A stretch of 27,361 nt of DNA from Gemmatimonadaceae bacterium. Lineage in GTDB: Bacteria; Gemmatimonadota; Gemmatimonadetes; Gemmatimonadales; Gemmatimonadaceae. Location: positions 1-27,361 of the forward strand of contig JBGAJQ010000069.1 of assembly GCA_044224875.1 (NCBI GenBank), read 5' to 3'. Both the position numbers and the translations under genes were made by a program. Position 1 is the stretch's first letter. Each line of letters starts with the position of its first letter. Under the pieces are notes generated by a model. It searched no databases, was not told where the DNA came from, and saw only the letters and a list, made by a program, of their open reading frames with translations. Below, in pieces: positions 19,248 through 26,953 of the stretch.

Positions 19248-19282
19248 GAGAGGGGCGAAACCACCTTGGCTTCGCCCCTCTC
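19248..19282 (-). terminator. Strong hairpin downstream of the PHI-1-like gene
   Basis: Minus strand GAGAGGGGCGAAGCCA-AGG-TGGTTTCGCCCCTCTC, about 40 nt after the stop at 19320. No clear U-tract. Confidence 0.6.
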
Positions 19283-19319
19283 CAATCCTCCCGGTGCCGG
19301 CGTGCGGCTTAGCGACGAC

Positions 19320-20294
19320 TCACTGCAGTGCGCATTGCTGCGGGGTCCCGACGTTCTTCCAATTCCCCTGCGTCAGGAAGTCCTTGGTTCCAATCTTCAT
19401 GTTCGCTCGACCGCCATTGGCCGTGACGTAGATCGGGTTGTAGTAGGTCACGCACTTGTCCGCATTCTCTGCACCCTGCGCATCGTACCACGCGTTGAGG
19501 TCTGGGTCGGTCGCCGCCTCCTCGAGTTCGTGAGCGAAGGTGTCCACCTCGGCGTCCGCGTTGAAGTCGCTGTTGGGCGACGTGCCCTGGAGAAGCGTGC
19601 ACCCGTTTGCAAAGTCCGCTTGGAACGGCATCACGGCATACACGACCTTCTTCCCCTGCCAGGTGAACATCCCGTGGTAGGCGCAGTACGAGCCAAAGCC
19701 ACCGCCCAGGTTGACCTTCGTGTCCGAAAGCACCGCGTAGATGGTCTGCGGGTCGTAGGTCAGTCGCCCGCTCTGGAACGCGTAGACGATGCCACTCTGG
19801 ATGCGTCGATCGGGCACGTTCGCCGCAACGCCAATCGGCGGGGAAAGCGTGTCGGTCGCCCAGTATTGCGTGTACAGCAGGCTATTCGGCACGTGCTTCC
19901 CCGTGTTGTCCGTGTACGTCGTGTTGATGTTCCAGTACGCGGACGTGCCGATGTTGCGCACATAGTAGCCCACGAGCGAGTTGTCCGCCGAGCCAGGTCC
20001 GAACGTGTTCACGGCCGGGCCATTGTTGTAGATGGTCCGGCGTGACCAGTAGATGATCGCCACTTTCGGGTTGTCGAGCACTCGTCCGCCGTGGTAGGTG
20101 ATGTTGAGCGCCTGCGGCGCGGCGAGCTGGCGAAGACCTAACGAGTTCCGTGGGACCATGTAGTGCGGTGTGGGTCCGTCATCGCTGATGTTGGAAACAG
20201 GAAAGTCGTCCTGCCAGCGAGCCGCAGGGGGCGCCACGCTATCGGCGCAAGCGGAGATGGCAAAGGCCAGCAGAACGAGTGCTGCACGCTTCAT
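19320..20294 (-). CDS. PHI-1/EXORDIUM-like lipoprotein
   Basis: GAGG SD, ATG 20294, lipobox ISAC. Motifs YHGGRVL, YCAYHG, HELEEAATDP, AWYD, ENADKC and FLTQGNW resemble the phosphate-induced protein 1 family. Confidence 0.75.
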   Translation of the reverse strand: MKRAALVLLAFAISACADSVAPPAARWQDDFPVSNISDDGPTPHYMVPRNSLGLRQLAAPQALNITYHGGRVLDNPKVAIIYWSRRTIYNNGPAVNTFGPGSADNSLVGYYVRNIGTSAYWNINTTYTDNTGKHVPNSLLYTQYWATDTLSPPIGVAANVPDRRIQSGIVYAFQSGRLTYDPQTIYAVLSDTKVNLGGGFGSYCAYHGMFTWQGKKVVYAVMPFQADFANGCTLLQGTSPNSDFNADAEVDTFAHELEEAATDPDLNAWYDAQGAENADKCVTYYNPIYVTANGGRANMKIGTKDFLTQGNWKNVGTPQQCALQ

Positions 20295-20547
20295 GAAGAC
20301 CTCGAAGTGTAAGTTTGCCCGCCCAAGTTGACATGGCGAACTAACCCTCGCCATGTGGCGGTAATCCCACACAAACTGATAGACCTGGTGGCGTACATCA
20401 CGTGGACATCGACCACTCTTTCACGGGCGTCGGACTTTGGATGCTGGCGGTCGGAGAACCGTCGCACGCCGGACGATTTCCGCAAAGGCTTCGATGGGGA
20501 CTAGATTGCCGGTGCTCTTTTGCGCGCCGCTCGACCGCTGCGAAGCC

Positions 20548-21003
20548 AACGGCGTGAAAGTCACGGCGTTTCTCGTCGACCATAGTCCCGTGGCCCCCGC
20601 GTTCGGATATCGCATCGATTATCACGGTCACTCGGTGGTACTCTCCGGCGATACCAAACCCTCAGAAAACCTGATAAAGGTTGCGGCTGGCGTTGATGTG
20701 CTGGTTCACGAGGTCGGAAGGTGGAAGGGGGACCCCGAGTTGACGGGCCCGCCCGATGGGCGCCTCCCAGGAACGCGACAGACGCGAAGTCAGGCGAAGG
20801 TAATTGCCGACCACCACACCGACGGTGTGGAAGCGGGACAGTTGTTCGATCGGGTCAAGCCGAGGCTCGCTGTCTTCTCCCACCACAACGCGGAGCCATC
20901 CGCGACGCTGGCGCTCGTCAGACAGCACTATGCGGGCCCGGTGGAGGTCGGTGCAGACCTCATGACCATCGACATTGGCACGCAGGTGGCTGTGCGGCGC
21001 TGA
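20548..21003 (+). pseudogene. 5'-truncated RNase Z/AtsA-like metallo-beta-lactamase-fold hydrolase
   Basis: C-terminal motifs are present (KVTAFLVDH, AFGYRIDY, VVLSGDT, DVLVHEV, HHT, AVFSHH). No HxHxDH motif or N-terminal half in any upstream frame, and there is no room for it before the divergent gene. Confidence 0.7.
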
Positions 21004-21040
21004 GCGCGTGCCGCACCGGGCAGGCAGACGCTGGCTGCCG

Positions 21041-21616
21041 TCAGAACTGGTCGGGAAAACGCGCCGTGTATTGCGAAAAGTGCTGCTTGAGCGCAATCAG
21101 GTCGGCGTCGACATCGCCCGTCGGCTTAAACACTGGCCCCAAGGCGACGACTTTGCGTGCGTAGTCGAGTCCCACAAGCACGATCGGGACCTGCGCCCCC
21201 CGCGCAATGTGGTAGAAGCCGGTGCGCCACTGTGCCACCCGCTTCCTCGTCCCCTCCGGCGCGATCGCCAGCACCAACGCATCGCGTCGCGCAAACTCCT
21301 CCACCAACTGGTCCACGTAGTTCTTGTTGCTCCCCCGTTGGACGGGCACTCCCCCAAGGGAGAGCAACAGCCGCTTCACGGGAAAGACGAAGATCGAATG
21401 CTTGCCCAGCCAGTTCGCCTTGAGATCGAGCGCGAGGTCAGCAAACAACCCCATGAAGAAATCCCAGTTGGACGTGTGCGGCGCGACGATGATCACGCAC
21501 TTGGCCACGTTGGGAAGTTCGCCCTCCAAACGCCAACCGAAGAGCCGCATGCCGAGCGCGCCGATCTTCTGCATGATCGGTGAGCGCCGTCGCGGAAGGT
21601 TGGGTGGCAAGATCAC
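21041..21616 (-). CDS. Lysophospholipid/1-acyl-glycerol-3-phosphate acyltransferase (PlsC-like)
   Basis: APHTSNWD (HxxxxD), GGVPVQR, APEGTR, GFYHIA. Start is GTG 21616 or ATG 21574. Confidence 0.9.
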   Translation of the reverse strand: MILPPNLPRRRSPIMQKIGALGMRLFGWRLEGELPNVAKCVIIVAPHTSNWDFFMGLFADLALDLKANWLGKHSIFVFPVKRLLLSLGGVPVQRGSNKNYVDQLVEEFARRDALVLAIAPEGTRKRVAQWRTGFYHIARGAQVPIVLVGLDYARKVVALGPVFKPTGDVDADLIALKQHFSQYTARFPDQF

Positions 21617-21647
21617 GGGCTGAGGCTCGGCGGCGTTGTGAAGTCCA

Positions 21648-21683
21648 AATCAAAGGGCCGGCTCCCATCGTCGGGCCCGGCCC
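21648..21683 (-). terminator. Probable intrinsic terminator of infA
   Basis: Minus strand GGGCCGGGCCC-GACGAT-GGGAGCCGGCCC followed by TTTGATTT. Confidence 0.55.
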
Positions 21684-21718
21684 CACTAACTGTCATGCCG
21701 CAAGGCGATCACCGCCTG

Positions 21719-21955
21719 CTATCCCTCATACGGCTTCTTCTGATGCCGGAACGTGATGCGGCCTCGGGTGAGGTCGTAGGGTGACACCTCGACCTTCACG
21801 TAGTCGCCGGCCAGTACGCGGATTTTGAACTGACGCATCTTGCCGCCTAACGTGCTCAATACGTCATGCCCACCTTGCACCGACACTCGGAAGGTTGCGT
21901 TGGGCAACACTTCCGTCACTCGCCCTTCCAACTCTATGGCTTCCTCTTTTGCCAT
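21719..21955 (-). CDS. infA: Translation initiation factor IF-1
   Basis: [22 protein letters not shown]...GKMR...[30 protein letters not shown] upstream. Confidence 0.95.
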   Translation of the reverse strand: MAKEEAIELEGRVTEVLPNATFRVSVQGGHDVLSTLGGKMRQFKIRVLAGDYVKVEVSPYDLTRGRITFRHQKKPYEG

Positions 21956-22095
21956 TCAATGCACTCCGGCCGCTGGCCTCTGATGGTCCGCGTGGAAAGC
22001 TGGACGACGGAACGACTTGCATCAAGTGCCCTCGCCCACTTTGCGACGCTCGTCGCCGTCATGTCGTGCCCTCAACGGCGCCTATGGCGAAGCTT

Positions 22096-23148
22096 TCACC
22101 AGATGTCGCCGACCGTGAACCCCTCAGGAAAAGGGTCGTCGGGGTCAACACCATATGTCGCCATGCCGGTGATCCACCCGGTCCCGCTGAGTGTAGGAAC
22201 GACCGCCGAGTATTGGCCAAGCTGCAGTTCCGAAACGAGCCGCCCCGTGAATGTGGTGCCCAGAATGCCTTCGTGAACGAAGTCCTCGTTGAGCGGCAGG
22301 AGCCCCTTGGCGTGCAAGGTCGCCATCCTGGCGCAGGTACCGGTGCCACAGGGAGAGCGGTCGATCGCTCCCGTCCAGGTGGAAGGCTTGTTCCAGTCCA
22401 AGACGCCGGTAGAAACGATCACGGCGTTCCTTCGATGCGATGTGGCCGCGTGAGCTTCTCCAGAGAGCTGGGAGATCGTGATTCCGGTGAACCCCGGCTG
22501 CTCGGGGTGCACCACCGGTAGCTGCTCATTGGCGGCGGCCTTGATCATCTCCCCGATTCGTACGATGTCCCTCCCCTCGTCAGGCGTTAGGCGGAGGCCA
22601 AACTGCGCCGCCTCGGCAATCACGTAGAACATCCCTCCGTAGCCGACGTCCACCGTCACCGTACCCAGTTGCGGCACCTCAACCGGGCGGTCCAGGTAGG
22701 CCGCGAAGGCTGGCACGTTCCGAAAGGTCACGCGGGTCACCTTGCCGTCGCGGCACTCCGCCCGCACACCGATCAGCCCCGCCGGCGTCTCCAGCGTAAG
22801 CTCGGTCACCGGTTCCTTCATGGGGAGCATCCCCGTCTCCAGCAGCACGGTCACCACACAGATCGTGTTCGTACCGGACATTCCGGGGTACTCGACCTGC
22901 TCCATGATCACGTAGCCGGCATCGGCACGCGCGTCCGTCGGCGGCAACACCAGGTTGCAGTTCGCCGCCGGGTACCCGCGCGGCTCGCGCAGCATACGCT
23001 TGCGCAGCCCGTCGGCGTGGTCCCGCAGGTAGCACATCTTCTCGTACATGGAGGCGCCGGGCACGTCCAGGACGCCGCCCACAATCACGCGCCCTGGCTC
23101 TCCGCAGGCGTGCGCATCATAGGCCTGCACACAGTTCGTCAGCCGCAT
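22096..23148 (-). CDS. Proline racemase family protein (Ser/Cys catalytic pair)
   Basis: DAHACGEPGRV, REPRG, YPGMSGTNTIC, VDVGYGGMFY, DRSPCGTGT, GILGTTFTG. Confidence 0.92.
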   Translation of the reverse strand: MRLTNCVQAYDAHACGEPGRVIVGGVLDVPGASMYEKMCYLRDHADGLRKRMLREPRGYPAANCNLVLPPTDARADAGYVIMEQVEYPGMSGTNTICVVTVLLETGMLPMKEPVTELTLETPAGLIGVRAECRDGKVTRVTFRNVPAFAAYLDRPVEVPQLGTVTVDVGYGGMFYVIAEAAQFGLRLTPDEGRDIVRIGEMIKAAANEQLPVVHPEQPGFTGITISQLSGEAHAATSHRRNAVIVSTGVLDWNKPSTWTGAIDRSPCGTGTCARMATLHAKGLLPLNEDFVHEGILGTTFTGRLVSELQLGQYSAVVPTLSGTGWITGMATYGVDPDDPFPEGFTVGDIW

Positions 23149-23154
23149 CGGCTC

Positions 23155-24546
23155 CTACCTGGGGAGCTTCTCGGGAAGGTCGGCCAGCACGTAGGACATG
23201 ATGGCCATGGTCGCCACGCACAGTGCGACGTCGTGAGGGTCCAGCTTGTCGATGGTGTCGGCGTCGGTGTGGTGATACCAGAAGTATTTCGTGCCGTCCA
23301 CGTTCAGGCCCAAGCCAGGCACCCCCAGCTGCATCATCGGCCCTATGTCCGCACCGCCTCCCCCCTTGGTGATGGAGCCAGAGCCGATGGGATCCAGCAG
23401 CAACCCGATCTGCTTGACGATCGCCATCGCCGCATCCGAGCCCGTGAAGCCGAACCCCTCCGGCTTGAACACTCCGCCATCCGACTCGATCGCGGCGACG
23501 TGCTTGTCCGCCGCGTCCTTGTACCGATCGCGGTACGCCAGGCCGCCCCGCAGCCCGTTCTCTTCGTTCACCCACCCAACGACCCGTATGGTCCGCCGAG
23601 GACGGAGTCCTAGTTCCTTGAGCAGCCGAATCGCCTCCCAGGCGACCACCACCCCACCCCCGTCGTCCATCGCGCCGCGCCCCACGTCCCATGAGTCGGT
23701 GTGACCGCCCATGATCACCACTTCGTCCGGGAATTCCGTGCCCTTGAGTTCCGCAATGACGTTCTTGGACTGCACGTCGGGTAGGGTCTGCGCCGACATG
23801 GTCAGCTTCACCACGATCTTCTCGCCACGATCCTGCATCCGGTGGAGCATCTCGGCGTCTTCAACCGTGATGGCCGCGTGCGGGATCTTGGTGACCGTCG
23901 AGTCGTACCGCATGCCGCCCGTGTGCGGCGTGCGCTGCGAGTACGGGGTCACCGACCGAATGATGGAGGCCACGGCACCCGCACGCGCCGCCTCTACCGC
24001 CCCATTCGACCGATACTGCACCGTGGCCCCGTAGTTCGTGAAGGGAACGTCGAAAAGCACGATCTTTCCGCGGGCGCGCGAGGCTTTGGCCTTGAGATCG
24101 TCGAAGGAGGTGACCACTAGGACCTCCGCGGTGATCCCGCCCGGAGGGGTGGCGATGCTCCCACCCAATCCGAGCATTGGGAGCGCCTGCTCTCTCGGCT
24201 GGACCAGCTCCGCCGATTCCGCACCACGGACCCAGTGGGGGACCATCGCCGGCTCGCCTCGCACGTTGTCCAGACCGTCCTTGGCCATTTCCGCCTGCAT
24301 CCAGTCCAAGGCGCGGTTCAGCCGCTCCGACCCCGAGAACCTGTTCCCGAAGCGCTCCGTCAGCTCCGCCAGCCGGTTCCAGGCGGCGGAATCGCGCGTG
24401 GCCGCGGCAGCGATCCGGCTTGCCGCGTCCCGGTACTTGGCGGCGATATCCTGCGCAGCCATGGGTGAGGCGGCACCAGAGACGAGCAGACCTAACGCGG
24501 CACCACAGATGGAGATCGCATGCACGGCTTCACGTCCGTTGAACAT
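23155..24546 (-). CDS. Secreted M28 metallopeptidase, carboxypeptidase Q-like with PA domain
   Basis: Signal peptide, FGNRFSGS, PHWVRG, GHTDSWDVGRGAMDDGGG, NEENG, ESDGG, YHHTDADT. Confidence 0.92.
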   Translation of the reverse strand: MFNGREAVHAISICGAALGLLVSGAASPMAAQDIAAKYRDAASRIAAAATRDSAAWNRLAELTERFGNRFSGSERLNRALDWMQAEMAKDGLDNVRGEPAMVPHWVRGAESAELVQPREQALPMLGLGGSIATPPGGITAEVLVVTSFDDLKAKASRARGKIVLFDVPFTNYGATVQYRSNGAVEAARAGAVASIIRSVTPYSQRTPHTGGMRYDSTVTKIPHAAITVEDAEMLHRMQDRGEKIVVKLTMSAQTLPDVQSKNVIAELKGTEFPDEVVIMGGHTDSWDVGRGAMDDGGGVVVAWEAIRLLKELGLRPRRTIRVVGWVNEENGLRGGLAYRDRYKDAADKHVAAIESDGGVFKPEGFGFTGSDAAMAIVKQIGLLLDPIGSGSITKGGGGADIGPMMQLGVPGLGLNVDGTKYFWYHHTDADTIDKLDPHDVALCVATMAIMSYVLADLPEKLPR

Positions 24547-24662
24547 TGGCTTTTGAGGTAGAGGTTCAGGGGACCGAAGCTAGCGCCGATGCGGTCGGGG
24601 CACCACGCGGGTCTTTTCACGGGCGGCGAGTGGGGTCTGTCCCCTTACCGTTAGGGTCGCCA

Positions 24663-24691
24663 TTGACAGAAATCTCAGGCGATCCTACACT
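24663..24691 (+). promoter_or_regulatory. Sigma70-type promoter of the cold-shock gene
   Basis: TTGACA (24663-24668), a 17-bp spacer, then TACACT (24686-24691). Predicted start near 24698. Confidence 0.8.
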
Positions 24692-24912
24692 AGTTCCGCG
24701 ACGTACGCTGTTGCAGCGTGCTGATAGTGCGATGACCAAGGGCCCTCGCGATCGCGAGTGCCTTTTTTCGTCTCATGAATCCGCGTCGCCTGGCTTCTGA
24801 CGGCAAGTCGCCGTTCGACCGGTCAGCAAACCCGATCGTGGCGGTAAGGTCCACGAATCGCATGCGGTCGGTTCCCTCACGCCGACTGCATCACTTACTC
24901 AGGAGAAGGGCA

Positions 24913-25125
24913 ATGCGTACGACCGGCACCGTGAAGTGGTTCAACGACGCCAAGGGCTTCGGCTTCATCACCCCCGCCGACGGCTCGAAGGACTGCTTCG
25001 TCCACCACTCGGCCATCGATGGCAAGGGGTTCAAGACGCTCGCCGAAGGCGAGAAGGTCGAGTTCGAGATTGTTCAGGGTCAAAAGGGACCTGCCGCGCA
25101 GAACGTCACGCGTCTCGGCCGCTGA
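24913..25125 (+). CDS. csp: Cold-shock protein (CspA family)
   Basis: AGGAG SD at 24901. [15 protein letters not shown] (RNP1) and CFVHHSAI (RNP2). 70 aa. Confidence 0.97.
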   Translation: MRTTGTVKWFNDAKGFGFITPADGSKDCFVHHSAIDGKGFKTLAEGEKVEFEIVQGQKGPAAQNVTRLGR

Positions 25126-25145
25126 ACGACACGGTGCCGAAACAC

Positions 25146-25182
25146 GCGGGGCCGACTCACACGAGTCGGCCCCGTTCGTTTT
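25146..25182 (+). terminator. Intrinsic terminator of csp
   Basis: GCGGGGCCGACTC-ACAC-GAGTCGGCCCCGT followed by TCGTTTT. Confidence 0.85.
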
Positions 25183-25320
25183 CAGGGAGCTGGCGAGGCG
25201 CCGTGCAATTCCCGGCGAGGGACACACGGAATTAGTGCTCGTCGAACACTCCTATCGACGGTGGAACGCACCGAGCCCGATGTCATCGCGATTCCGCAAT
25301 AGACCCTGCGGCGCCGACGC

Positions 25321-25719
25321 TTAGCCGCCCAACCGCTCCAACCCCGATACCTGATCGAACCCGGCGTCGAAGCTGAGGATTGTACTCACCTGGTGCCGCT
25401 GCATGACCGCTGCATGCACCGCGTCCCGCGCGGACAGTGGCGCAATCCCGAGCAGCAGCGACTTGGCGCGGTCGATGTCGCGCGCCTCCACTGGGTACAC
25501 ATGATCGACGACGCGCAGCAGCGCGTCGAACGCCGGCTGGATCGCGTCGCGGCGGTTGATCGCCACATACCGATGCAGGATCTCTTGCAACACCTCGGCG
25601 TCCGTGACCAGGCGTTCGCCCCGGGTAATGCACTGCTCCAGCAGCCGGCGCGCCGAATCCTTGTTGAGATGCGACGCGCCGACCAGGTACATGGGGATGT
25701 TGGAGTCGACGAAGATCAC
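25321..25719 (-). CDS. vapC: VapC-family PIN-domain toxin
   Basis: [31 protein letters not shown] carry the PIN acidic residues. The GTG start overlaps the antitoxin stop (GTGA). Confidence 0.9.
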   Translation of the reverse strand: MIFVDSNIPMYLVGASHLNKDSARRLLEQCITRGERLVTDAEVLQEILHRYVAINRRDAIQPAFDALLRVVDHVYPVEARDIDRAKSLLLGIAPLSARDAVHAAVMQRHQVSTILSFDAGFDQVSGLERLGG

Positions 25720-25970
25720 GCGCCGTCACGCAGGTAGCCGCCCTCGATCTCGGTCAGCATGCGATCGATGTCGGCGGTCGGGTACGCTCCGCGTGCGGCC
25801 TCCCGCACGGCGGCGAGCTTTCGCTTGGGGTCAGTCGCGGGTTCATCGCGACGGGCCACCCGCAGCGCTTGACGTACCCATTCGGCCACCGTCATCCGGC
25901 GCCGCTTGGCGATGCGGCGGATCTCCGCGATCTCGTCGTCTTCCAGCAGGACTTGCAGTCGTGTAGTCAT
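25716..25970 (-). CDS. vapB: Ribbon-helix-helix (CopG-like) antitoxin
   Basis: TRLQVLL strand followed by helices ([25 protein letters not shown]). 84 aa, directly upstream of and coupled to the PIN gene. Confidence 0.82.
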   Translation of the reverse strand: MTTRLQVLLEDDEIAEIRRIAKRRRMTVAEWVRQALRVARRDEPATDPKRKLAAVREAARGAYPTADIDRMLTEIEGGYLRDGA

Positions 25971-25975
25971 GCCTG

Positions 25976-26004
25976 AGGCTATCATACTCATCGTCATGAG
26001 TCAA
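25976..26004 (-). promoter_or_regulatory. TA operon promoter with overlapping palindromic operator
   Basis: Minus strand TTGACT-N17-TAGCCT. A perfect ACTCAT-N4-ATGAGT palindrome at 25986-26001 covers the spacer and part of the -35. Confidence 0.7.
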
Positions 26005-26466
26005 GCTGTCAAAGTGGTCAAAGTGATCCGTGGATGGTGTTTGGCCGTGCTCAATCCGTGAACGCGCAGGGACGATTCTCGTCGCTACGGGTTGCCATAG
26101 TCGCCGAATATTCGCACGCGAAAAGCGCCCTGCGTCATCCGCTCATTGCGTGGCGGCTCGAATCATCGCACGCAATGCGCGCGACACCGTCGAATATCGG
26201 CGGGCGCGTGAATGGAATCGGCCGGCAGCTCCATCGATCGGAGCGGCGCGCGATCCTGAACTTGGAGTATGCCGATAGCTCAGGATACGACACAAACTGA
26301 ACTATGCGCGACGTCGCACTCCCCGCCCCACCCTGGACGCGGCTCGATCATCTGCCGCTTGACCCGACCCGCGAAGACGAAGTGAACGGCCCGACCGTCG
26401 CGCTGCGTCGGACCTGCAAGGGCTAGACCGACTCAGGGTGTCTCGGACCTAGGCTCCGATGGAGCG

Positions 26467-26928
26467 CTAGAAGGTGATCCCCAACGTTGTAACCGTCCTC
26501 GCCACGACGTCAAATCGCCGCACCTCGCCGAAGAGACCGAACCTCCCCTGGCCTAGTCGGACCCCACCACCGGCCGCCCAACCGTTCAAGGTCGTCGTGT
26601 CGGATTCGGCGAACCGACCGTAGCCCGCGATGCCATAGATCTGCAGCAACGGCAGCCTCAGCTGCAACACGCCACTCCCCACCAGGTTCATGCGGTCCAT
26701 GTTGAACGACGTGCCCCACTGCGTCGCTTCGGCGCGAAACGCGATCGGCACGAGCGGGAGCGCCAGTTGCGCCGCAGCCTGAACTCCCTTGGTGTCCAGC
26801 CTGGCCGCGCCGGAGTCCGACGACTGGGCGTACCCGGCCCAGAACGAGAGGCCGACCTGGGCGCGAGCCGCGCCAACGGGAAGAAGTGCTAGCGCGCCAA
26901 CCAGCGCCAGGAATCGCAAACGCATCAT
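26467..26928 (-). CDS. Small outer-membrane beta-barrel-like protein
   Basis: Signal peptide (..AARAQ), alternating amphipathic strands, C-terminal TTLGITF ending in Phe (beta-signal). Confidence 0.7.
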   Translation of the reverse strand: MMRLRFLALVGALALLPVGAARAQVGLSFWAGYAQSSDSGAARLDTKGVQAAAQLALPLVPIAFRAEATQWGTSFNMDRMNLVGSGVLQLRLPLLQIYGIAGYGRFAESDTTTLNGWAAGGGVRLGQGRFGLFGEVRRFDVVARTVTTLGITF

Positions 26929-26953
26929 GAGTACACCAGGATCTCGAGTAAGC

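Noticed and set aside
20325..20360. Fluoride riboswitch-like GGCGA...GTTCGCCAT on the minus strand
   Set aside because: Lacks the GAUG and downstream pseudoknot elements, and the downstream gene is not fluoride related. Kept only as a generic hairpin.
25200..26460. Mobile element carrying the vapBC pair
   Set aside because: No transposase, integrase, tRNA target or flanking terminal repeats recognised.
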